Shown: in pieces, positions 40,101 to 52,100 of the stretch | Layout of the letters: each line of letters starts with the position of its first letter | How positions within the stretch are numbered: the stretch's first letter is position 1 | Assembly: GCA_964570585.1 (NCBI GenBank) | Contig: CAZMYR010000001.1 | Location: 17,441 to 81,440, forward strand | DNA: 64,000 bases | Source of the DNA: an uncultured Planctomycetia bacterium | Lineage (GTDB): Bacteria; Omnitrophota; Gorgyraeia; JABMRG01; JAFGKX01 | Reading direction: 5' to 3' | Notes under the pieces: model-generated | Told to the model about the DNA's origin: nothing | Databases searched by the model: none | Seen by the model: the letters and a program-made list of their open reading frames with translations, nothing else | Made by a program: the position numbers and the translations under genes

Positions 40101-43100
40101 TTTCCGCCTGTTTCTTTGTATCTTTCTTCATCTATTATTACATAATAACCCTCTGAGTCTTTTTTGATATCGCTTAATTCAAACAGGGTCTTTTCTACGA
40201 GGTTGCCTTTTTCATCCTCTACAAAAACGGCCTCTTCTTCCATCATCTCTGGCGTATAAACCAGGCCTTCAAGATAATGCCTTTCACCACCGGGCAGGGC
40301 TATGTAGTGTAATATACGGCCATCATCAGCAGTAGTCTCATCGATATTTACATAACAAAGTTCTCTCTGCTCAGGTGTCATATAACCTAATACGAGTATT
40401 CTGTTGAAATCCTGGCCTGTTAGCTCTTCTACCTTAAAGGTATCCCAGCTAACAGCGAGACCATTCTTGCCTCCAAGGAGATTCCTGTATTCTATAAGTG
40501 CGGCAAGGGTGGCACGCATAATCTCCGGCAGATGGACTACCTTAAGAAGTCTGCCGGTCTTTTTATCCACTAAAAGCTTATCCGCTGCGGTAAGGATTAT
40601 CTTTCTGGGCTTTCCTTTTTCTTCGGCTTCAAGGAGATAAACTACAGAACCGTCGTCTTGGACAGTCTTTATAATATGGTATCTTTCGGCAAGGGTCCTT
40701 TTGTCTGTATTTCCTATAAGCAGGGCTTGAGCCTCTATCTTATCTATGTTGATGTCTGTCTCAGACATCCGCCTGTAACGTTCTATCTCCTCTATATATT
40801 TATCTGTATCTCCTTTGAAAAGCCCCTCAATTTTAATCTGGCCGGTATGATTGACAAAATTATATTCAGTAAAATCATATAACTTAGCAGCGGTAAAGGA
40901 GGGGACAAACAGATAGCGCTTCAGGCCTCTGCCTTCTGTTGCCTCTTCAATATACTGCTGTCTTTTCCGGGCCTCCTGGATAAACTTTTTATATTTTTCA
41001 TCTATTTCTCTCTGTCTCTGGGCTTCTTCTCCTGCCAATTTGTCATCTGGAATACCCTGGCGATAGACTAAACGATAGAATGCGGTTATGCCCGGGTCTG
41101 CCCTGCCTCGGTCTATAACTGAACCCTCTCTGATATAACGTGGGAAGCTTCCTCCTGCCGTAGTTATGGCTGAATCCTGAAGGTTGTGGTTGACTACTCC
41201 AATTAGGGATGGGCTAATCTTTTGCTTATATACGTATGCCCGAAGTAAAGTAGCCTCAACATCAACTTCACCTTCTTTTTCGCCGATTCCGCTTATCGTA
41301 ACTTCTCTATACTGACCTGTTCCTTCTTCTATCCTGGCGGTTACGGTCTTATGGTTATCCTTTCCTATGGAATGGAGAATGCTTCTTAGGTCGCTACCGG
41401 TAACCCTTTCGACTTCACCCTCTTCAAGGAATAATAGCCAGGCCAGGGCCTCTCTTAAATTTCCTGGTTCTTTCTGTTTATATTTAATAGATTTAAATAA
41501 ACCAAATAATCCTTTGGTTTGCCCGGCGGTTATTCTTGAATAGACCCGATTATACTGGCGGTTCCAGATTAAGGCTCTGTTTCTGTTTACCCATCGGGTT
41601 ATCCTTTCAGCAGCTTTAGTGTATCTTTTGGGTTTACCCGGCTTTATCCTGAGGTGCTTGGAATACTCATTAAGAAATTTACGCACGGTTAAGTTATCGA
41701 GCGGGTTTATTTCGGTATGTCTTTTGTCCGCATAAATAGCTCCGTCTTTACCCTGGCGCCTTAAGATATCCTCTGCCAGTTGATAGAGATAGCTACCAAT
41801 CTGCTCAGAAATATCGGCTTCAGGGTACCTTTTTATATGCCTCAGCATGCTCAAGCCTAAGCGGACGCTGGAAGTAATATCCTCTCTCTGCCCGGGTATC
41901 TTTCTTTCGGCATTATCAACCCCAATTCTGTCATTAAAGAAGGCTGTTGCCTCTTGCTCAGAAACGGGCTTGATAGACCTGGCCTTTCGGTTAAAGATAT
42001 CAAGGTAAGTCTCGTATATCTGTGGTGCAAGCCCTTCATCCGATTCTGCCACATAGACGTTATTCCTGGTAAGAGTAAATGAGAGTCCCGGCCTGGTCGG
42101 AAAGCCTGTTGGATTCTGGGCCATCTGGCGGATAAAATGCTGAGTGCCGGAGGTCATCGGACTTCTGGCCGGGGAGACCCCAAACTCTTCCATAGCCTCA
42201 TCAATTCTTACTTCGCCGGTTAGTCCGGGCCAGGGCATACCCCGGACTTCCTCAGTGGGCAACGAAGTTCTCTTTATCCAGGCCTTGGCCTCATCAAGCA
42301 TATCCTTGGTGGTCGGTATCTCACCGTAGGCAAACTCAAGCCCGCTACTGTATAGAGTCTCACTTCCTAAGAATGCCCTGCCTTCAAATCTGGCCTGCAG
42401 ATTATCAGCTATATCAATATAAGGAGTTTCTATCCCGCTATCGACTCCGCTATCTTCACCAAACCGCTCCAGGCCTAAGGTCATCTTGATTCCGGTCCTG
42501 GGGTCGGTGTAATTAAATCCTGCTCCGGTGTTAAAAATACTGGCCTTAGCCGAAGGTTTAATCCCAATCGGATTTCCGTCAAAATCATGGATATTCGTTA
42601 TACCGGTGGCCTTACCGTCTACCCATCCGGTCTTGGCAAAGAGGCTGAAGTTCCCGCTAACGGTGTAATCAATCTTTCCGCCCATAGCGGTAGTGGTTCC
42701 CTCAACCTGATTAAGCCCGTTTCCTTCGTTTACCGCCAGAAGTCCTACTCCGCTTAACATAACCCGGTCGTTTATATCAATGCTCGGATGGGCGAATAGT
42801 CCGTAAACGGTGCTGGTGGTCTCTGTAAATTTCCTCCGGTTAGAAACCATATCCAAATCCAGATACTCTATATATTCACCTGCAAATGGACCGGCCATTA
42901 AGGTTCCGGCGGATTTTTTATCTTTGCCCTCCCATTCAATCTCCAGCGGTAGAGCTACGAGTTTGATAAACTTACCATCAGCAAGTTTGTGATTTACCAA
43001 CAACCCGTGAACCCTGGCATTTCTATTTATTCTATAGATATCCTCAATAGCAGAGGTGCGGGTATTAAGCTCATAGCCTATCGGAAGGGCCAGGAGTCTC

Positions 43101-46100
43101 TCCCAGTTTATCCAGTCAAATCCAGTAACTTCACCAAAACCTATATTATGAAGTTCCTCATAGGTAAAGATTAAATCTGAAAATGCATCCCGGTTTAAAG
43201 CAATCTTAACTGAGAAGTCCCGGACATGGCTTAAGGCCCTTTGAGTATATTCTGCAGACCATTCTTCTTTAGCCGCTATCTTCTCTACTGCATCCTCAAG
43301 ATAGGCCCGAATCTGTTTTGAGCTGGCAGCCAGGGTCTTTTCCAAATCCTCTTCTACCTCAGGAGTAATCTGACCTAAAACCTTAGTCCTCAGCATCCGC
43401 ATATGGCGTTCTTCAAGCAGAAATTTAAAACTCTTATCCAGCACCGCCTCTGCGGCCATAGATAATCTGGCCTCTGAGGCATCCAGGCCCAAATACCAAT
43501 CGTAGGCATCTATTATGGTCTCCTCCCGGTATTTAAAATATCCGGCATCTCTGGCCAATATCTCTAAAAATTCCTCCCTGGCCTCCTCCGGCATCTGGGC
43601 TAAGTAATCTTCAAAATCCATCTGACCATAATATCCCCAGTTTACATTCCGGGCATACCGCTGTAACTCTGTCCATCGATTATTTGCTCCATTGGGATTG
43701 TTTTCAAAATCAACCGCAACACCATAGCGGTCTATGTCGCTCTGCATGCCCCCTATGTTGGCCTCTATACCCTCTATTCCATCCTCACAGGACAGAATAT
43801 AATTTTCCAGCGCCTGTTTCATTGCAGGGTCCATGCCGGGGTTATCGGCAATAGTCTCTTCTGTCTGTTCTATGCGTTGACGTAACTCATCCTGTTCATC
43901 CTGGTATTCCTGGATAAGGCCATTTATGTCATCAATCACCTCTTTCTGCCATTGGTTATACTGAAGCTGCAAGGCCTGGAAGTATCTCTCATATTGAAGT
44001 TTGGCGGTTAGCGCCCCGGTCTGCTCAAGCATCCTTATCACACTCTGGAGTCTTTCCTTTCTAATATTCTGCCGGCTGATAAGGTGTTCTTCGTTTCTTT
44101 TAAGATATAAATATAATATCTGTTTGTACTCTTCTAAGCTGAGGGAGGCTGATTCTGCCTCTTTTTTGAGTTCTTCCTCTATGGCTTGAGGCGACTTCTC
44201 GGTAATATCAAGGAGTCTCTTCACTAACCCCTTTTTACCTCCGAAACGCTTGATATTCTCAAGAATATAGGCCCTAATCTTTTTCCCATACTCTGTCTCA
44301 AAGAGGCCAAGCGCTGTCTCTTCAACTTTGGGCTCGCGGACTGTAGGTATGCGGGTATAGGGGTTGAGCTGATATCCAAATGTTCTTTCGCCAAGATATG
44401 GCAGTCTATCGCCTATGGTCCGAGAGGCCTCAGCCTCCTGGCGTTTCTCTTCCATCTGATGGTGGGTATCGGTATATTCTATTACTGCAGGGATAACCTG
44501 GGGGTTGCCCTCTGAATCTATATAGGTAACCTGATTGGGATACTCAAAGCTAACCAGAGTATCTTCGCCAAGAGTCACCTCGCCGATACCAGGATAATTA
44601 ATTTTTTTGCCAAACAGGTCGATGACCCGATTCTCCTTTATTATATGAAGGGCCAGAGGCTTGCCTTCCAGACTCTTATATTCTGTGATAATATTGCCGG
44701 AAATATCTCTTAACCTGCCTTCTATATCCTGCAGATAGATAGCATCCGGAGTGTAGATAATGGCCTTAATATTTTTAACCACATCGGCCTCAAACCCAGC
44801 CACAAAATTCTGCTCATTTTCTATGACAGCACCTAAATTGATTTCGAGGCTGTCCTGGTCTATGTCTTTGCCATCTATTGTTACCGAAGTTATTCTTCCG
44901 TCTACATCAACCTCTATCCTGACAGGCTGACCGTATTCTGTCTTTAGATTTACTTCTTCCACATTGGGCATAAAGTAAAGGTGGGCAGCTTCTTTCTTAT
45001 CCACCTCGGTAAAGCCCAGGCTTTCAAGATAGGCTTTATCTTTAGTTTCTATGCGATATTCATATCTGGTCACCTCTTTTATTTTGGGCTTGCCGTTTTT
45101 GAGGATATCTTCAAATAGCTCTATATTTTTCTTTAGCGCCTCTGCGCTCTCTTTCAGCTTAGCTTGCTCTGTGGTACCAGCAGCAAACCTTAGCTGTTCA
45201 TTGACTCTCTTTAATCTATCCTCCAGTTGCTTAAGGAGGCGCTTGTAGAAATCTCTCTCTGGGCGGGTGAGCTTCTGGCGGATAAGATTACCTTCTGCAT
45301 CTTTAGCCCGCTCAAACCGCTTTATCGGTATCCTTCTGAATATCAGATTAGCCGGCAGCAGGCCTTCTTCATCCACAATCTCCGTAGTCTCATCAAGCCG
45401 CACCCCGCAGAGGATTCGTTTACCGGTAAATAGCTGATAGCGTAAATCCATATCCCTTAATGAAGGCATTACCAGCTCTCCCCGTCGGGAGACAAAGCTC
45501 TGGGTCATCAAAAAGCTCTCCCCATCATTGGCCCTGGTGAAGGTATTCTTTCTGGCTAAGGGCATATTGGCCGGAATAATCGAAGGTATATCCTCGCTGA
45601 AGAAGGGTTTTCCGGTCTGAGGGTCAATCAACACTGCTCCTCTGGCTTCCTGCATATAGGTAATAATCTGGGACATCCGCTGCATATCCCTTCCGGTAGG
45701 AATAAGGAACATATGCCCTTCTTTTAACCAGCGGTTTTCTTCAGGTCTATCACTCTCAAGGAATTTTCTTACTCTTTCATCATACATTCTTAACTGATAA
45801 AGGACCTGCTTCTGGAGTTTATACCTTCCGTTCTCCTTTATCCGGTTGCCTCTTCCGTCTCTTAAATAAACATAGCGGCAGGCCTCCTGAATCTGAGTCA
45901 GGCGGGCATCAGTATGGTAGATTTTCTGGTCGCTTACCTTAAAGAAGTAGGCCTTCTCTGGATTCTTGGGATGGTAAACATAAAAGCCTTTTCCTTCTAC
46001 GAAGCTGTTGGCTTCAGCAATTATGGCATCTTGACCGAATATTCCTAAGAACTTGCGATTTTTAGTTAGGGCCGCTTTAATCTCTCTTAAGGATTTTATA

Positions 46101-49100
46101 TCTTCAAGGCCTTCAAAGCCGAGCCTTCTCAACTCCTCAGTAGTAAGTTCTTCCCCAAGCTCCACATCCGGTCTTTCTATGCTCCAGTAGGCAGTATCCG
46201 TATCAACTTCAGTATCTGCTGCTGCCAGCAGCCAGACCATAAGCTGCTCCGGAGCAAACTGATAGGTTCCAAGCTCATCACCTAAGGCCAGGCGCAGCCA
46301 GGTTACCAACATATGAGGCAAGTCTGTAAAGTTCTGAGGACCAGCTAATTTTGCCTTGGTCCAGTTTCCTTCAATTATATTAATGCTAGTCCTTTTTTCT
46401 CCATCTTCACCTTTTATCTTCTTACTTTCATAAAGCAAATTCTGGGGATTATTAACCCAGACATGGACACAAAAGGCGTCCGGCAATAAACCTCCACCCT
46501 TTTCTTCAACTTCTTTAATGGCCGGTGCAGTAGTCAACTCATATAGGACAGCTAAGGCTAAAGCAGGATAGGCCTCTGGGGAAATATCAGTGCCGGCCAA
46601 ACCAGCACCGACTACATCCAGAACCTGCTGGAGGTTGAAATTATTCGGAGTTTCAACGCCAATGAAGTTTCCGTCTCCTAATCTGACCAGGCCTGCTCCC
46701 AGAGAAGTGGGTGTGCCTATATGAAACTTTAGCTTAAAGCGCTTATCCATATGCTCAAACATCTCTGCGGCGTACCATTTGTGGGTTCTCTTATATTCAT
46801 CATAGTCAACTATGAATCTTAAGAACTGCTCCAGGCCCCCTTCTGCATCGCTCTCCGCCTTCTCTTTCTGTATCTTATAGTATTCTTTGGCCTTCATCCG
46901 CCTCTGGATATCATCGGCGATGAGCTCTAATTGCTTCTTAAGGTCGTTCTGGGCCTCTTCAGAAAGCTCTTCGTTCTTCTCAACTAACTTTTTAGCCCGC
47001 TTCTTAAACTCCTCCCAGGCCTGTTTTGCCTCATCGTTCATCGGCATGGTAGGTACGTCCTTATGCCTGCGTAAGATATCCTCTTGCCTTGCTGCTACTA
47101 CTGGCTGGGTTACAGGTTGAACTGCTGCAGGCGGGATTGTCTTTATCACGGCTTTTATGGCAGCTCTTAATATCTGCAAGCTGACTAAGACATTCGGGTC
47201 TGTTATGCCCAATCTTCTGGCCTTTTCAGTAAGTTGTGCGCGGGCAGCAGCTAATTTCCGCTGTTGAGTGGTTAACTCATCCTGCCTCTTATTAAGCTCT
47301 TCTAACTGTTCAAGAACAGCCTCAAGCTGGGTGATATATTCCAGTTCTTTGTTGATAGCTGGGTCTATCTCCTGCTCAAGCTGGGTTAAGGAGTTGGTGG
47401 TATCTGCTAATGCTTTCTCGAGCTTGGTAAGCTGTTCTTTAAAGGCCTGGAACTGGGGTAGGGCCTGGGCCTGTTGGCTTAGTTTTTCAGTAATGGCCTG
47501 AATCTTTTTTTGTAAGGCGGCCTGCTGGTCTCTTAAGGGCAGGATCTTTCTGGTAGTATCTGAGGAGGAGTCGATGATATCTTTTATCCGGTATCTTAAG
47601 CTATGCTCATTTAAACGAGCGGCTAAGTCGATTAGGCCTAATTCCCTAATGCTTTCGGCAAGTTCACTGCGGGCTTCTTCTATAGACCGGGCCTGGGCTG
47701 ATAATTCATTCTCTTTCTGCAGCAGCTGCCCCAATTCTCCAAGCAGCGCTTCCAGTTGGGGTATATTCTCTGGGGCTATTGCTGGCTGTGCTTGAGGCTG
47801 GGCTGGTTGAGCTGGTCTTTTCTCTTCGGCTGGTTTTTCTACTTTGGCTGCTCTTTCCGCTTGGGCTGCTCTTTCTGGTGGCGGAGGCGGTACTACTGTC
47901 CCAGCCTCAGGTTCTTCATATTCTCGCTGTAAAATCTGCACAAGCTGCTCCAGTAATTGTAACCGCTGCTCCAGCCGTTTAATCTCTCCTTCAAGATGAA
48001 CAATGTGGGCAGGGATACCGACTTCTGGCGCAAGAAGCTTCTCTTGTTCCTGGAGGAGTCTCTCTTTAGTAAGGTCTTCTGCTGGGAAGTCAGGGTCTAT
48101 CTCTTGGACTTTTTTTAAGAGGTTCTGGTCTATCCGTGGCTGCAATGATAAAAGCCCTGCGATATTTGCAAGCTGAGTTTTTATCTGCTCAGCTTCTTTT
48201 ATTTGCTCATCTGTAGCTTTCTTCTGTATCTGCTCAAGGATGTACTTCTGTTGCGCAAGCATAAGTTCTGCTAACTTAGCCTGTGCGGTTGTTTTCTCAA
48301 GAGGGGTCTCTGCCTGCCCTAACTCCTGCTGGGCTTTTTCTATGCCTGGTTTAAACCTTTCTTCTGCATCAGGAGCGAGTCTGGCATATGCGGCAAGGCG
48401 GGTTGAATGTTCTTTTTTGAGGCGTAACCGTTGTAATGCGTTATTTAATTGCTCAATCTCTCTTTCAATATCAGCAATATCCTCAACCCGAACAATGTGA
48501 GGTCCAATGCCTATCTCTGATATAAGAAGCTTCTGTCTAATTTCGCGGAGGGCTACTGTTAAACGAGCAGATATATTCTTTTCTTCTGCTTCTTTATTAT
48601 ACGATTCTATTAAGTCGTTTAACTCCTGCTCTACAGCACTAATTTGTAGGGTAAGGGTCTCTATCTCTTTATCAAGTTCTTTCTGTGCTTCTTCTTTTTC
48701 TTCAGAAGCCCTTTGCTCTTTTAATCCTTTCAGCGTTCGTTTTTGCTGATTAAGAAAAGTATCTAATTGTTCTATCTGTTGCCTTAATGACAGCAGTGTT
48801 TCGATATCTTCTAATCGCTGCTTTATTATATCGAGCTCTTCTTTTTGCTCATCAGTTGCGCTGTTTCTAATCTGCTCAAGGATGTATTCCTGCTGTGCCC
48901 GAATAAGCTCAGTGAGCCTGATTTGCGCAGTTACCTTATCAGGGTCTGTTACAGCCTCACTTAATTCTTTATGGGCATCTTCTATCTGCGATTTAAATTT
49001 TTCTTCAGCATCGGGGGCAAACTTTCTATATAAGGCAAGGCGCTTTCTCTGTTGCTGGCCCTCTTTTATGCGTTGCCTGAGTTGCTTAAATTGTCCTTCC

Positions 49101-52100
49101 CAATCAATAACGATTTCAGCTGGCGTCTGTTCGCTTACCTGTGGCGCGTGTATGATATTATCTATTGCCCTTGAAGCCAAAAGTGTGCAATAATCGAGCA
49201 ACTGTTTTGGCGCTTCTGCCACATTAATCTCTGCTTTTGTATAAGCAACACCTTCATGCTGGCTCTGCGCTACAACCGCAGCAGGCGCTGAAGCAAGCAT
49301 AGAAACACCCATAGCAGGCATAAGAATTGCGTTTAGCGCTTTTGTTACTTTCTCGGGGTCTCTGGCTAAGTGGCTTAATCTGCTAAACCCTACTTTGGCT
49401 ATGTTAAGTTCGACCAGGGCATCTGTAATTGCTTTTCTGAAAGCAGGTTTCTGTTCATCAGGTAGTATTTCGGAAGGGATCTTGAAAATCATGAGGTCGA
49501 TTTCCGGCTGGGAGAAGAATCCTCCGTCTTTCGGCGGAGAATGGGCCTGCATCTGTTCTAAAAATTCCTGCATAAGCCTGTGTTTGCCGGCAGCCTCTGC
49601 CAAAACATTAAATGACAGCTGCAATGGGTTTTGCGTTCCCGTTACATTATCTTTAAAATTTTTGACAGCATTGCGTATAGATTCGGAAACATCTCCAAGA
49701 CCTGAAGCTGATAAATTGCGTATAGACCCGTTAAATGTCCATGCCTGGCTTTTGGCAAGATGGGAATAGTCTAATCTCTTTTCCATTCTTTTTGTTATAA
49801 TCGCCTCTGTGCGAAATCCCAACCAGGTTGCTATCCCAAGAAGCGACAAAGCGGTTATGCCTTTTATTATAAATAAAACTGTGCCTGAAATTGCCAACGG
49901 TACTGCCCAGCCGCCAACAAATAAAAGCACTATTCCCAAAATTGCTCCGGCGGCTATCATGACCGCCCTGGCATTAAGTGCAGCCGCCCTGCCCACATAA
50001 GCTAACCTGCTTATTCTTTTAGCCTCTGTTTCACCTTTTATAATAGCCTCGTTTTCTGCAATTCTCTGAGAAAAACGCCACTGGGACATCATGAGTAAAA
50101 CACCTTGAATGGCAAAAAGGCCCATTATAGGATAGCCGATAATTGCTAAGATTCCACCCCCGGATATGCTGCCTGCTGCAATAGCCGCTGTGACGGAATT
50201 AATTACAAAGGCGCCGAAAAGTGCTGTTAAACCAAGCCCCAGGAAGCCTATTAAGATACCAGCACCAAATCCTGCTATAATCATCCATCGGTTTTTAGCA
50301 ATAGAATCATTACTGTATGCGAAAATCCTATATGCAAGAATGCCTCCCAATGCAACTGCTGAAAGTCCTGGCACAAAGAGCATAAGAGCTGATGCCTCTA
50401 CTGCTGCAACCAGTAAAGCAGAAACCCCGAGGGTAGTTAAAAACCCTCCGATAAACGCTCTAAAAAACCTCTTTGGCGTGCTCATAGGTAATCTGGGCGC
50501 CTGTGAAAGGTCTTTACGCGCAGTGCCCAGCAATGCTAAGGAAGATATAAGCCCTATAATGCCCAATACAGCTGATGCAAGAAAGAAAATTGCACCAACC
50601 GTAGGGGCGGTAAATGGCGCGGTTCCTACAAGCGAAAGCAGCGCCATAGCACCGACAAAAGGAGAAAATGTGGCCATTATTGTAAGTGTCTTTCTCCAGG
50701 TGGATAAACCAGCAGCCTCAAGTGCATCTTTCCATGTTGTCTGCTCGCCAAGGGCAATAGCATTTGCCATCTTTGCAGCAGCTGTATCTGTTTGTGAGAG
50801 CCTTTTAATTTGAGAATTTAGTGCCCATGTTATCATAATGGCCACAACCCCAATAACAACAAGCCCTACAGGCCCGGCAGCAAGTAAAACCGACAGGAGA
50901 TTGCCTATTACCGGCAGGCCTAAAGCTGTACCAACCCCTCCGACTGTAAGCGCTTTAAACACCCATCCTAAGAAAAACGCAAGGCCAATGTTAGCGGCAA
51001 TGGCAAAGGCGGCAGGGAGTATTTTTAAGGATGAACGCTTGAATCTGTCACCTAAGGAAATCTTTCTTTTTTTAGCCAGCTCTTTGGCTGCTTCTATTTG
51101 TTGCTGTTCTGGGGGGATTACGCCGGCAAGATGATGGGCAAGGGCTGTGACCTCTTTCCCCATCTTTTCCTCTCTTTGCCTTTCCATGGTTTTGTACGAT
51201 AGTGCTGTCAGGCGTTTTATTTCTCCATATATCTGCTGCGGATTGAGAAAGGTCCTTTCATATCCAGGGCGTGAAGACGCCTGCTGAAGTCTGTGTTTGC
51301 TTCTTCCTGCTTCATCAGTAAACTTCATCCACCCTTCGTGAATTATCTCCAGTGCCTTAGATTTAAGGTGATCTGTAATAATATCATATATTAGTTCGCA
51401 CGCCTTCGGCGGAGTAGCATCTTTCTCTAATTGCAGCTCTGCCTTCAGAAGAGGGAGGATATCTTTCCCAAATTCCGTCTCCATAAAACGTAAGATATCT
51501 TCCCTTGAAAGCGTGGCTTTTTGGCTCCCACCTATAAAATTTGTAGCTGCCTTAACTATCCTCTGTGCAATGGCGTCCAGTATTTCCTTTTCAATGAGCG
51601 GTGCTATGCCATGGCGAACTATTTGAAGCCTGAATTTAATCTGCGGCATATTGAATTCTTTCCCTGTAAATTTGCCGAATTCGATTTCCTGGCGCCTCAT
51701 ATTTTGCTCATGGTCATTAATGGCCTCTCTCATCTGCTCAATAACTTTTAAGTTTTCTTTGGCTTCCTTAGATTTTTCAGAGTCAAGATTAAACTTAAGG
51801 TCATATACCTGCGCACCTTTTGTCTTTCTCTCAAAATATCCGAGTTCTTCCTGGATAATATTGCGGTATTTTATGAAAATGTCATCCTTCAGCGACCAGA
51901 CACCTATCCAAAAACCGATTTTACCGTTTCTTGCAACCCTGCCTCGGAACTGTATATCCTCTACGGTCAGAGGACAGTAGGTAGATATAGCAACCATTTT
52001 ATCGCCTTTAAAATCTACGCCTCTTCCACTTAAGTTTGTAGAAACAATTATGACATTCTTATATTTAGATAATTCCTCAACCATATCCTTCAGCTGATAA

